Shown: piece after piece, positions 1 to 9,698 of the stretch
Position numbering within the stretch: the first letter of the stretch is position 1
Layout of the letters: each line of letters opens with the position of its first letter
Origin: an uncultured Solirubrobacterales bacterium
GTDB lineage: Bacteria; Actinomycetota; Thermoleophilia; Solirubrobacterales; Solirubrobacteraceae
Direction: 5' to 3'
DNA length: 64,000 nucleotides
NCBI GenBank assembly: GCA_963812955.1
Contig: CAWEXC010000005.1
Coordinates: 283,638 to 347,637, forward strand
Made by a program: the position numbers and the translations under genes
Notes under the pieces: generated by a model
The model's database searches: none
The model's input: only the letters and a program-made list of their open reading frames with translations
What the model was told of the DNA's origin: nothing

Positions 1-747
1 TTCCAAGTTCCTGACTTCTCCACCAGCCGGGTCCCCATTTTCAACCGTGTTGAGATCCAGGCTGAACGTCGCCTCGTAGGGGTGCGATCCGGCCTGCGTG
101 TCCGGTGTCCCATCGGCGTTTGAGAACCACGCGTCCCAGCCCGCGAACCCGAACGTCGCCGGCGCAGCGCCGACCGTTACAGGGTCGGACACGCTTGCGA
201 CGCTCGCCGCGCCGCCACCCGCGACCGTAACCATGTTGGGAAACGTCCCTTCCGCTTTCGGCGCGACTTCGACTTCGATGACGATCTTGCTCAGCTGCCT
301 AAATCCGTTACCTTGGCCGTAGGGCAATTTAGGCATGAATGCCGGGTTGCTGGCGCACGTCACGACACTCCCGACGGCGCATTCCCACTGCGGACCACCA
401 AACCAATATTCTTCATATTCCTCAAATTCTTCAAATTCCACACTACCGAACGGGCTCGTGCCGCTGGCGACGGTGGCAGTCACCCCAGGCGGCAGCGTAT
501 CGGTCACGGTCACGCTGCCGCTGCTCGGCGCCGCACCCGCGTTGTAGACATCGACAACAATCCTGCCCTTGCCACCCGGAGGCAGATGCGTCGGATACGC
601 CCGACTCGTAGCCTCCCACCCCGGTCTCGCCACGACCGCCGAAGCCGACCCGACAAGCGCCCCCATCGCGCACACGGCAAGCAGCGCGAGCACAACCACC
701 ATCCACACACCCGACCAACCCGTGTGCCTGAGAGAACCGCCGCTCAT
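1..747 (-). CDS. Cassette protein B, copy 1 (5' part only; runs off the window): large secreted Cys-stapled repeat protein with extra N-terminal DUF11-like domain
   Basis: Not in the ORF track because it is open-ended. Manual translation from ATG 747 gives MSGGSLRHTGWSGVWMVVVLALLAVCAMGALVGSASA (signal peptide)...SVTVTDTLPPGVT...NADGTPDTQAGSHPYEATF...GEVRNLE. QAGSHPY matches 31630..34605. ATGA overlap with the stop of 744..3050. Confidence 0.85.
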   Translation of the reverse strand, partial: MSGGSLRHTGWSGVWMVVVLALLAVCAMGALVGSASAVVARPGWEATSRAYPTHLPPGGKGRIVVDVYNAGAAPSSGSVTVTDTLPPGVTATVASGTSPFGSVEFEEFEEYEEYWFGGPQWECAVGSVVTCASNPAFMPKLPYGQGNGFRQLSKIVIEVEVAPKAEGTFPNMVTVAGGGAASVASVSDPVTVGAAPATFGFAGWDAWFSNADGTPDTQAGSHPYEATFSLDLNTVENGDPAGGEVRNLE

Positions 748-3050
748 GACCGCCCCGCCTTTCCACGCATGTGGGTATGACCACTCGCACGCCTCGCGCG
801 AGCACGCTTACGCCGCTTCCCCCTCTTCTTCGACTTCTTCGGCTTCGGCGTCGGCTTCGCCTTCGTGCTCAAGGGAGCCGCGAAGTTCCCCACACCCGCG
901 AACGTCACGCTCGCCGGCGTCGCGAAGAACGGCGCCGACGCAGGCACTCCCTGGCAGCCCGAGCCCGTGCACGCCGGGGCGGTCAGCGGTTGCACACCGC
1001 CGACACGCGCGTCATACATGTCGTCATCGCCATTCTGATCCCGCGCGACCAGTTGCGCACGCGTGACGATGAACACGCCATCACCGCTTTCGCTCGCGCC
1101 GACCAGGTAGGAGTTGTCGGTGCTCGTCCCGCCCGACAGCAGGTAGACACAACCCGAGCTGCGCCGGCAGCCGCCCGCGCCATCTTGCTCCCACTCATAC
1201 ACATCCACCTTCCCATTGGTGTCGTTCGACACCAGCGACTCGGCGCTGTCGAAGAACACACGACTCCCATCCCGCGAGAGCAACCGCGGCTGATAGGTAG
1301 CTTTCCAGCTGATCGGTAAGAATGCACCGAGTCGATAACCGCCGAATAGCGACGTGGCGGGGGGCGTCTCGCCGCTCGGGTCGCACGAGATACACGCGAG
1401 GCGTCCCCGTTCGGTGTTGTAATCGAACACCTCGTACAGCCCTCCGCTGTCGTAGCCGGTGAGGCTGAGCATTGACATGAAGACCACGCTGTGCCCATCG
1501 GGCGCCACCTCGGCGGTGCGCTGCCCGATTTCAGGCCGCCAGTCACCAGTCGGCGCATTCCCGCTGAGATCATACGGTTCAACCTCGTCATCTTCGGGTG
1601 AGAGCTTCGCGATTTTCGTCGTGACGCCCGCATGCCGGAGCATGAGGTTCTCACCCGCATCGACGTAGTAGACGTATTCCCCGTCCTCACTCGAACCGAT
1701 CACCCCAGCCACTTCGACGCCGGGGCTCAGATCGGTCGTCTGCCCACTCTGGAGGTCGTACTCGTACAGTTCGCCGTTCGTGAAGAAGGCCTTCGACCCG
1801 TCCGTGCTCGCCGCCCAGAACTGGCCCGCCCCTGCGACCAACACCGTGCACGCATCGGCTGGCACGGTGCACCTGCCTTCCGCGATCGGACTCTGGGGAT
1901 GGGTGTCGTTCTCGCGCACATACAGAGCGCCCGTGTTCGTGTCGCTCCAGAAGACCCGCGACCCATCTGCTGAGATCACCCGGTCCAAGCCGGTCAACCC
2001 GAACGATGCGCCCGCTTCGGTTTCGCCATCCGGCAACACGTTGACCAGGTGCAGAACCCCACCAGACAGGTCATAGAGGTTGTACCGCCCGCTGCCGCCA
2101 TCGACCGCGCCCGTACCCGGAAACGCGTCGTTGGCGGCGAACAGCACATCGCCGAAATCCGCAGACCCAGCCGCATAGACGACTTTGAATTCGTTCGGAG
2201 TCCGGTTCGGAATCGCGTTGGCAAACGGCTGATATTCCCTGCCCGCGATCGAGTGAGTGTAAAGAAGGTTGTACAAGCTCGGCGCCTGCGTCGATAGAGG
2301 CTGAAACGATTCGACGATCCCCACTGAAAGGCCGCTGGAGAAAGCCAAATATTCTGGTCTCCGAAAGCCCTCCGGCTCGACATCCGTCGCCAGCCAGCCG
2401 CCCGCCACCGAGCGCGTCGCCACAAACTCGTTGCCGAAACCCTGGCCAGAGTTGCCGTTCCCACCCGAGGTCGGCGGATCGCCCGGGTAGGCGACAGCAT
2501 CGCCGCCGGGCGCGACATCAAACGGTAGACGTGTCGGAACGCCCGCTTCGGAGTTACCTGTCGCCCGCACCGCGGCGGGTACGTAGACGTTCCCGTCCTC
2601 GTTGGTCGCGGGGCTCACCATTTCAAAGACGCGGCCGTCCGGCAACCCGACGAGCGGCGGCGGGAACGTCCTGAAGGTGGTATCTTCGCCCCGGGTCGTG
2701 CCTTCTTCGTTGGTCGCCACGACTCGGAAGTGGTATTCGGTTTCCGGCAGCAAACCGCTCAAATCCGCAAGCGAGCCGGCGGGTTCGCTCCCTGAGCCGG
2801 CGCTCGTCACCTGCGTCGTCGAGCCATACGCTTCGCTCGTGCCATACTCGAACTCGTAGGTGGTCGCGAGTCCGCCGGGGTTAACCTGCGCGCTCAGCGT
2901 CGCGCTTGCCGAGCCGACTTCAGAGAACGACTCGCCGGCGACTTCGGGACCCACGGCGAGCGCCGAAGCGCTCCACCACAGAGCGCCGAGCGCCACGGCA
3001 CACAACACAGCCAGCCGCGGCGCGATCGCGCCGTGAACGGAAAACCTCAT
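744..3050 (-). CDS. Cassette protein A, copy 1: secreted FN3 + beta-propeller-like (TolB/PD40-like repeats) protein with K/R-rich tail
   Basis: Signal peptide; FN3-like segment (VNPGG..TTYEFEYG...LSGLLPETEYHFRVVATN); LPDGRVFEMVSP; repeated S.DGSRVFF-type blades; DVYEWE; DMYDARVGG; tail KPKKSKKRGKRRKR. Paralogous to 34602..37121 and 43776..46091. Confidence 0.85.
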   Translation of the reverse strand: MRFSVHGAIAPRLAVLCAVALGALWWSASALAVGPEVAGESFSEVGSASATLSAQVNPGGLATTYEFEYGTSEAYGSTTQVTSAGSGSEPAGSLADLSGLLPETEYHFRVVATNEEGTTRGEDTTFRTFPPPLVGLPDGRVFEMVSPATNEDGNVYVPAAVRATGNSEAGVPTRLPFDVAPGGDAVAYPGDPPTSGGNGNSGQGFGNEFVATRSVAGGWLATDVEPEGFRRPEYLAFSSGLSVGIVESFQPLSTQAPSLYNLLYTHSIAGREYQPFANAIPNRTPNEFKVVYAAGSADFGDVLFAANDAFPGTGAVDGGSGRYNLYDLSGGVLHLVNVLPDGETEAGASFGLTGLDRVISADGSRVFWSDTNTGALYVRENDTHPQSPIAEGRCTVPADACTVLVAGAGQFWAASTDGSKAFFTNGELYEYDLQSGQTTDLSPGVEVAGVIGSSEDGEYVYYVDAGENLMLRHAGVTTKIAKLSPEDDEVEPYDLSGNAPTGDWRPEIGQRTAEVAPDGHSVVFMSMLSLTGYDSGGLYEVFDYNTERGRLACISCDPSGETPPATSLFGGYRLGAFLPISWKATYQPRLLSRDGSRVFFDSAESLVSNDTNGKVDVYEWEQDGAGGCRRSSGCVYLLSGGTSTDNSYLVGASESGDGVFIVTRAQLVARDQNGDDDMYDARVGGVQPLTAPACTGSGCQGVPASAPFFATPASVTFAGVGNFAAPLSTKAKPTPKPKKSKKRGKRRKRARARRASGHTHMRGKAGRS

Positions 3051-3054
3051 GGAT

Positions 3055-3084
3055 ACATCCCCTCCTCGAATACGGAGGGGATGT
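3055..3084 (-). promoter_or_regulatory. Perfect 11-bp hairpin sequestering the Shine-Dalgarno of 744..3050
   Basis: ACATCCCCTCC (3055-3065) / GGAGGGGATGT (3074-3084). On the mRNA the 3' arm contains the GGAGGGG SD and ends 4 nt before the ATG. Confidence 0.65.
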
Positions 3085-3262
3085 GAACCCCTCGCCAGGT
3101 CACACCACCACTACCCGCGCGCACACGCGCGCGTAAGAACGAACGACGCGCGCGTGCAGTACGACGCGTGAGGCCGCGGCAATCCTTACCCCCAGCAGGG
3201 GTTACTGCGAGCGGGCGCGACGGCGCCCGACGAGGGGTCTCGGCGGTTAGACGCCTAGACGA

Positions 3263-3284
3263 AGAGAGAGAGAGAGAGAGAGAG
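3263..3284. repeat. (AG)11 microsatellite in the leader of cassette 1
   Basis: Direct reading of gaagagagagagagagagagagagatg. Confidence 0.9.
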
Positions 3285-3537
3285 ATGCGACAGCGCCATG
3301 CTGGCGCATCTAGCATCCCCTTCTTGGTGGGGTGCGATGACCCCTGTCACGTTGATCCCTCTCATACTCACGCGGAAAACAGCTCCCTCATTGAGGCGAA
3401 CCCGGTGCCCTCTCCCTAAGAAGGTCCCCTGCCAATGCATCCGTTTGGTGGTCGACCGCAGAAGGCCGGACCCAACCAGACCCTATGTTTGCTTGAAACA
3501 ACTCCCGTGGCCCGTCTATGGGCGGCAGGTGAAGACC

Positions 3538-3567
3538 ACTATACGCACAGTGCGGGGTAGTTGTCAA
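3538..3567 (-). promoter_or_regulatory. Near-consensus sigma70-type promoter of cassette 1
   Basis: Minus strand TTGACA (3567-3562), N18, TATAGT (3543-3538). Confidence 0.75.
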
Positions 3568-3802
3568 GTCCCCCTCGGTTTGCGCACCCGCTCGCCCACG
3601 CGCCAAGGCCCCATGCGACGCGCCCCGTACACGCACACCGGGCGTCCACGCAGAGACAGCCCCCTCCTGACCCGCCCGCTTGGCGGGCGGGGTCCTCATC
3701 CAAACCTGCCTTGCAGCCGATACATCAATCCAGCCGGGGGCCGCGCCATCATTGACGCGCGCCCTACCGCCACTTTTCACGCCAGCCCGAGGAGGTCCCA
3801 CG

Positions 3803-4570
3803 ATGCAGCTGCCCGAGCCGATTCCGACGATGATCCGCGACGAGAGCTTTGCGGATGTGACCTACCACATCCGTGGGGAGCTCGTGCCCGAGCTGCAGGT
3901 CGTGCTCGGGCCGGGTGGGGTGATGTTCGAGCACCATGTGCTGCTGTGGAAGGAAACGCGCGTGGAGATCGAGCTGAAGAAGCTGCCGGGCGGGGTCAAA
4001 CGAAAGATCGCGGGGCTCGACTACTTCGTCACGCGCACCTTCGGCGCCGGGCACATCGCCTTCTCGCGCGACGCGCCCGGGCAGTGCATCCCGATGCACC
4101 TGAAGATCGGCGAAGGGCTGGACGTGCGCGAGCACCAGTTCATCGCCGCCACCGACAACCTCGACTACAGCTACGAACGGGTGAAGGGCATCCAGAACAT
4201 GCTGCTCGGCGGGACGGGCTTCTTCATCGACAAGTTCCGGGCGACGACCGGCGATGCGATCGTGTGGCTGCACGGCAACGGCAACGTGTTCCTCGTCGAG
4301 CTCGGCGCCGGCGAGCAGCTCGACGTCGAGGCCGGCGCCTGGCTGTACAAGGACCCGACGGTCACGATGGAGTCGGTCACGATGGGGCTCAAGACGGGGC
4401 TGATGGGCGGCGGCGGCAAGCTCACCTGGAACCGCTTCACCGGCCCCGGGCGCCTCGCGATCCAGACGATGTTCATCTCGCCCGCCGAGGCGGTTGATGG
4501 CGGCAACGTGCAGGCCGCCACGGCCGGGGGGCTCGCGGGGGCTTTGATCGGGGGGCTGACTCGGGGGTAG
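3803..4570 (+). CDS. AIM24 family protein
   Basis: YHIRGELVPELQV.L, F.G.G.IAF, GGTGFFIDKF, G.G.VWLHGNG, FTGPGRLAIQTM; SD GGAGG before ATG 3803. Confidence 0.85.
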   Translation: MQLPEPIPTMIRDESFADVTYHIRGELVPELQVVLGPGGVMFEHHVLLWKETRVEIELKKLPGGVKRKIAGLDYFVTRTFGAGHIAFSRDAPGQCIPMHLKIGEGLDVREHQFIAATDNLDYSYERVKGIQNMLLGGTGFFIDKFRATTGDAIVWLHGNGNVFLVELGAGEQLDVEAGAWLYKDPTVTMESVTMGLKTGLMGGGGKLTWNRFTGPGRLAIQTMFISPAEAVDGGNVQAATAGGLAGALIGGLTRG

Positions 4571-4573
4571 GGA

Positions 4574-5650
4574 CTACTGATACGCCGCCACCACCGCCAC
4601 GATCACGTAGATCGCCGCCAGCGCCCAACCCTCGAACGCGGCCGCCTCGCCGTCGGCCGTGACCTGCCACACCGCGATCGTCATCAGGCCGAGCGCGCCG
4701 ATGTAGATCGGCTGCAGCGCGAAGGTCAGCTGGGTCGGAAGCACGAGCGAGATCAGCACCAGCGCCGGGTAGAGGAAGGCGGCGATCTGCGCGACGGAGC
4801 TCTTGACGACCGCGATCGCGAGGTCCGCCTTGCCGCGTGCGGCCAGCGTGATGCCCGCGAAGTGCTCCACGGCGTTGCCGGCGATCGCCACGATCACGAG
4901 GCCCGCGAACGCTGTGGAGATGTGCAGGATCTCGATCGCCGGGCGCAATGCGGTGACAAACCACTCCGAGACGAAGCCCGCGCCGACGCCCGCCGCCACT
5001 AGCAGCACGAGTGCCGCGCGCAGCGAGATGCGCGCCTGCTCTGTCGGCGGCTGCGGCGCGCGAGCACCCGTGGCGGAGGCTTTGGGCCGCAGGTAGGGCA
5101 CCAGCCACGTCGCGTACACCCCCAGCAGGCAGCAGGCCCCGACGATCGAGATCGTGTGCACGTGGGCGCCCGCGGAGCTGCCCGAGCTGAGCGCGAGGCC
5201 GATCAGCACGATCAGGAAGACCGTGACCAGCAGCAGCGTCGTCGCGTCGTTGGGCAGGCGCGAGGAGAAGCGCATGATCCCGTCCGGGGCCTGCCGTGCG
5301 CCCGCCACGATCGTCAGCCCCAGCACCAGTAGCGCGCTCGCCAGCAGCGAGCCGACCAGTGCGGTCTGGGCGACCACGAGGTCGCCCGCTTTCAGCGCGA
5401 AGATCACAACCAGCAGCTCGGGCAGGTTGCCGAGCGTCGCCTGCAGCACCCCGGTCGCCGCCGCGCCGATGTGCTCGCCCAGCTGCTCGGTTCCCAACGC
5501 CACCGCCCACGCCAAGCCCGCCAGCGCCACCGTCGCCAGCGCGAAGCGGGGCACCGCGGCCCACGCGCCGTAGTTCGCCGCGCCCGCCAGCACCACCGCC
5601 ACGGCCACCGCCGCCAGCAGGAGGCGCTCCAGTTTGCTCAGGCCGGCCAT
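4574..5650 (-). CDS. Ca2+/H+ antiporter (CaCA/ChaA family)
   Basis: Two alpha-repeats, LQATLGNLPEL and IAGNAVEH; multiple TM helices; start taken at ATG 5650 (MAGLSKLE). Confidence 0.88.
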   Translation of the reverse strand: MAGLSKLERLLLAAVAVAVVLAGAANYGAWAAVPRFALATVALAGLAWAVALGTEQLGEHIGAAATGVLQATLGNLPELLVVIFALKAGDLVVAQTALVGSLLASALLVLGLTIVAGARQAPDGIMRFSSRLPNDATTLLLVTVFLIVLIGLALSSGSSAGAHVHTISIVGACCLLGVYATWLVPYLRPKASATGARAPQPPTEQARISLRAALVLLVAAGVGAGFVSEWFVTALRPAIEILHISTAFAGLVIVAIAGNAVEHFAGITLAARGKADLAIAVVKSSVAQIAAFLYPALVLISLVLPTQLTFALQPIYIGALGLMTIAVWQVTADGEAAAFEGWALAAIYVIVAVVAAYQ

Positions 5651-5770
5651 GGGGCTGGGCGAGCATAAACCCCGAGGTGGCGGCATCGCGGCTACGCCCA
5701 CCTGCGCCTGCCGAGCGAGAGGGTGAGTCGCCACCGTACGGGCCCCGGGTTGAGCGGGTACGCTGCCCCG

Positions 5771-6586
5771 GTGCGCCTGGCGACATTCAAGCCTCCGGGG
5801 AGCGAGGCCCCGCGGGCGGGCATGGTCGCGGACGGCCACGTCACCGCGTTCGCCGACGAGCGCCTCACCGTGCTCGACGTGCTGGGCAGCCCCGCGCTCG
5901 CCCAGAGCGCCGCTGCGATGGGCGGGGCCGACGGGCCCGGGCCCACCTGGCCGCTGGAGGAGGTGACGCTGCTCGCGCCCGTGCCCACCCCACGGGCGAT
6001 CTTCGGGATCGGGCTCAACTACGCCGACCACGTCGCCGAGACCGGCGGCGAGCGGCCCGCGCAGCCGCTCGTGTTCATGAAGCTGCCCGCCTCCGCCGCC
6101 CCACCGAACGCGCCGGTGCGCTGCCCCGCGGTCGTGCGCCGCCTCGACTACGAGGGCGAGCTCGCCGTGGTGATGGGCGCCGGCGGGCGCGTCGCCGGGT
6201 ACGCGGTCGCCGACGACGTCAGCGCGCGCGATCTGCAGGGCCGCGAGCCGCAATGGACGCGCGCCAAGGGGGCCGACGGCTTCTGCCCCTACGGCCCCTG
6301 GATCACCACCGCCGAGGAGGTGCCCAACCCGCATGCGCTGCGCCTGCGCACGTGGGTCAACGGCGATCTGCGCCAGGACTCCAATACATCCAACCTGATC
6401 TTCACCGTCCCCGAGCTGGTCGCCTTCATCGCGGAGACCTGCACGCTGTTCCCCGGCGATCTGATCCTCACGGGCACGCCCTCGGGCGTCGGGCTGGGAC
6501 AGAACCCGCCGGTCTTCCTGTCAGCGGGGGATGTCGTGCGGATTGAGATCGAGGGGCTTGGGGTTATTGAGCACGGGGTGAGTTGA
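5771..6586 (+). CDS. Fumarylacetoacetate hydrolase family protein
   Basis: IFGIGLNYADH, LDYEGELAVV, DVSARDLQ, WTRAKG.D.FCP.GP, GDLILTGTPSGVG. Confidence 0.92.
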   Translation: MRLATFKPPGSEAPRAGMVADGHVTAFADERLTVLDVLGSPALAQSAAAMGGADGPGPTWPLEEVTLLAPVPTPRAIFGIGLNYADHVAETGGERPAQPLVFMKLPASAAPPNAPVRCPAVVRRLDYEGELAVVMGAGGRVAGYAVADDVSARDLQGREPQWTRAKGADGFCPYGPWITTAEEVPNPHALRLRTWVNGDLRQDSNTSNLIFTVPELVAFIAETCTLFPGDLILTGTPSGVGLGQNPPVFLSAGDVVRIEIEGLGVIEHGVS

Positions 6587-6589
6587 GTA

Positions 6590-6632
6590 TTAACTTTTCG
6601 CGCCCCAACCCTTCATTTTGTGAAGTGGTTGG
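6590..6632 (-). repeat. Dispersed AT-rich REP-like element (copy at the FAH/hsdR junction)
   Basis: 6608-6629 reverse-complements to ACCACTTCACAAAATGAAGGGT, identical to 53946-53967. Confidence 0.8.
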
Positions 6633-6638
6633 CCGCGC

Positions 6639-9600
6639 TCATTCGAACAGGCGCTCCTCGGTTTCGGGGTAGTAGCGGTAGAGAGACTTGGCCTGCTCGA
6701 GCACGAGCTGGGTGTAGTGGTTGAGGTCGTGCGCGGCGTCTGAGCCCGCGAGCGTGGTCGACCTGTATTCGTGTTTGCGCAACAGGCCCCTGATCTTGCG
6801 CCGGATCGCGGCCTCCGTGGATCGGCGGTCGGCCCAGTCGACGGCCAGGTCAGCACGGATAGCTTTGACGAGCTCGCGCGCGATCGCCGCAAGCTTGGGA
6901 TCTGCAGCGAACTCATCCCCGCGACCGGCGAGCGCATCGTAGAAGGCGGCCTCCTCGCGCGAGAGGCCGAGCCGCTCGTGGCGGCGGCCCGCTTCGCGGA
7001 GGTCCCTGGCGAGCTCGACGAGGCGCTGCATCACTTCGGCGCCCGATATCTGGCGCAGCTCGTAGCGACGTAGGACATCCTCCAGCTGGTCTCCAAAGAG
7101 TGTGGCCTGGGTACGGCTGACGCGGCTGCGGCTCTTGACCTCACTCTTCAGCAGCTTCTCCAGCAGTCGCAGATGGATGTTCTGGTGTTCGGTCTTAGCG
7201 GCGAGCGAGTCCAGGAACTCGTCGGAGAGCACCGAGATATCGGCGCGATCCTCGCCAGCGATCGCGAGCACGTCGGCGATCTCCCCCGCGGCGAGGCCCT
7301 CAGACATGAACTTGCGCACCGCCTGCTCGGCCGTGGGGCTCACGTGGAGCGTCGGCGCGGCGATCTTGCGCACCTCGACCGCGATCGCCTTGAGGAAGTC
7401 GAACTCCTCGCGCAACTCGATCGCTGCCTCCTGCGTGCCCACCAGCGAAACCCATTTCGCCAGTGCGAGCTGCGAGTCGAGGAATTCGCGGGTGCTCTGC
7501 TCGCTGGAGAGGACGTGGTCGACGCAGGCGGGGAACAGCTCGGAGACGTTCGCGAGGGCGAGCTCGCTGCGCCGGTAGCCTGCGGGGTAGAGCAGTGCGC
7601 AGAGCACCTCGTACTTCTCCCATAGCCCCGCGATCGCCTGCGCGATCGGGACCACGGGATCTTCGAGCTCCGCCTTGTCGTAGGCGCGCAGCGATGCCCG
7701 CAGATCCTCGCCGATCCCGATGTAGTCGACCACGAGCCCACCCTGCTTGTCGCGGAAGACGCGGTTGACCCGCGCGATTGCCTGCAGCAGGCCATGGTCG
7801 CGCATCGGCTTGTCGATGTAGAGCGTGTGCAGCACCGGCGCATCGAAGCCGGTCAGCCACATGTCCTTGACGACCACGATCCGCAGCTCGTCGTCGGGGT
7901 CGCGGAACCTCTTCGCGAGCTGCTTCAGCTGGGCCTTGGTGCGCCTGAAGCACGAGATCTCGAGCTCGTCGGTTGCGGACGCCGAGATCACGCAGTCCAC
8001 CGCCGCCTCGCCGAAGCGCTCACGCAACAGACCTGTCAGCTCGGCGGCGATCCGCCTGGAGTAGCCGACAACCATCGCCTTGCCCGGCAGCTCCTGGCAG
8101 CGCCTCGTGAAGTGGCTGTGGATGTCCTCGGTGAGCTCCTCCAGGCGCTCGGGCGCCCCTACCACCTTCTCGAGCTTCGCCCAGTTGGTGACCAGCTCGG
8201 TGGCGGCCTCCTGCTCCTCCTCTTCGAGGATCTCCTCCACCTCTGCAAGCCGCTCGCGATCCTCGATCTCCATCCGGATCGGGCGCGACTCGTAATAGAT
8301 CGGCACCGTCGCGCGGTCTTCCTGGGCCCGGCGCATCCGGTAGACCGAGACATAGTCGCCGAACACCAAGCGCGTTGAGCGGTCGGCGCTTTCCACGGGG
8401 GTCCCGGTGAACCCGATCCGCGTCGCCGCAGGCAGCGCCTTGGTGATGTTCTGAGCGAATTTTGCGTACTGCGAGCGGTGCGCCTCGTCGGCCATCACGA
8501 TGATATTGCGCCGCTCCGAAAGCACCGGCATCGGCTCACCCTTGGGGGCAGCGAACTTCTGGATCGTCGTGAACACGATCCCGCCAGCGGGCACATTCAA
8601 CAATGCCCGTAGGCTTTTCTCCCCCTTGGAGATCGCCTCGGCCTGCTCGCAGTGAGGCTCGATGTGTGTCGCGGTGAAGGTGCCGATCAACTGGTTGTCG
8701 AGGTCAGTCCGATCTGTCACCGCGACGATCGTCGGGTTGGCGAAGCGCACATCCCGCCGCAGCTTGTTGGCGAAGAACACCATCGTGTAGCTCTTGCCGG
8801 CGCCCTGGGTGTGCCACACGATCCCTCCGCGGCGCTCGCCCTTCATCGCCACGGCCACCGACTCGACAGCAGCGTGCACGGCATGCACCTGGTTGTACTT
8901 GGCCATAATCTTCCACGTCTGCGCGCCGTCGCTCACGAACAGGATGAAGTCGCGGATCAGCTCAAGGAAGCGAGCGGGCGCGAAGACGCCTTCCAGCATC
9001 GTCTGCAGCTGCGTGCGCCCCCTGACATCCTCACCGGGCATCGCCTTCCACTCGGCGAAGTGCTCCGCCGGGGTGCTCGACGTGCCGACACGCGCGCTCA
9101 TCAGGTCCGAGACACCGACGATCTCCACGTAACGGTAGAGGCCGGGGATCGTCTCGGTGTAGTGGCGAACCTGGTTCACCGCCTCCCGCTCGGAGTTCAC
9201 GCGCCCGGGCGCCTTCACCTCGATCTGCCCGAGCGGCAACCCATTGACGAACAGCAGGATGTCCGGACGGCGGTTGCGCTCGTCCTCGACAATCGTGAAC
9301 TGGTTCACCGCGAGCATCTCGTTGCGGGCAGGGTCATCGAAGTCGATCAGCCGCACCCACTCGCTCTGCGCCTCCCCGTCGTCGCCCACGTAGGGGATCA
9401 CCACCCCCGAGACCAGCAGCTCGTGAAAGTCGCGGTGGTTCTCGATCGCCACGGGGGAGGTGCCGGTCAGGACAAGGTCGCATGCCTGCTGCGCGGCATC
9501 CGCGGACAGCTGCGGGTTGATCCGCGCCACGGCCCCGCGGAGGCGGTCGATCAGCACGACGTCCGACCACAGTGTGCGCTCCGCGCCAGCAGCCCCGGGC

Positions 9601-9698
9601 GCCAGCTCAGGCCCATGGACGATCTGCCAGCCGGCCTCTCGCAGCCACTCCAGCGCCGGCTGCTCGGCCAGCGCCTCCTCGCCGGAGAGCGAGGTCAT
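6639..9698 (-). CDS. hsdR: Type I restriction endonuclease subunit R
   Basis: RRPDILLFVNGLPL..IEVK nuclease motif, WHTQGAGKS Walker A, DEAHRSQ, GFTGTP, MWLTGFDAP, LLQAIARVNR. Confidence 0.96.
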   Translation of the reverse strand: MTSLSGEEALAEQPALEWLREAGWQIVHGPELAPGAAGAERTLWSDVVLIDRLRGAVARINPQLSADAAQQACDLVLTGTSPVAIENHRDFHELLVSGVVIPYVGDDGEAQSEWVRLIDFDDPARNEMLAVNQFTIVEDERNRRPDILLFVNGLPLGQIEVKAPGRVNSEREAVNQVRHYTETIPGLYRYVEIVGVSDLMSARVGTSSTPAEHFAEWKAMPGEDVRGRTQLQTMLEGVFAPARFLELIRDFILFVSDGAQTWKIMAKYNQVHAVHAAVESVAVAMKGERRGGIVWHTQGAGKSYTMVFFANKLRRDVRFANPTIVAVTDRTDLDNQLIGTFTATHIEPHCEQAEAISKGEKSLRALLNVPAGGIVFTTIQKFAAPKGEPMPVLSERRNIIVMADEAHRSQYAKFAQNITKALPAATRIGFTGTPVESADRSTRLVFGDYVSVYRMRRAQEDRATVPIYYESRPIRMEIEDRERLAEVEEILEEEEQEAATELVTNWAKLEKVVGAPERLEELTEDIHSHFTRRCQELPGKAMVVGYSRRIAAELTGLLRERFGEAAVDCVISASATDELEISCFRRTKAQLKQLAKRFRDPDDELRIVVVKDMWLTGFDAPVLHTLYIDKPMRDHGLLQAIARVNRVFRDKQGGLVVDYIGIGEDLRASLRAYDKAELEDPVVPIAQAIAGLWEKYEVLCALLYPAGYRRSELALANVSELFPACVDHVLSSEQSTREFLDSQLALAKWVSLVGTQEAAIELREEFDFLKAIAVEVRKIAAPTLHVSPTAEQAVRKFMSEGLAAGEIADVLAIAGEDRADISVLSDEFLDSLAAKTEHQNIHLRLLEKLLKSEVKSRSRVSRTQATLFGDQLEDVLRRYELRQISGAEVMQRLVELARDLREAGRRHERLGLSREEAAFYDALAGRGDEFAADPKLAAIARELVKAIRADLAVDWADRRSTEAAIRRKIRGLLRKHEYRSTTLAGSDAAHDLNHYTQLVLEQAKSLYRYYPETEERLFE

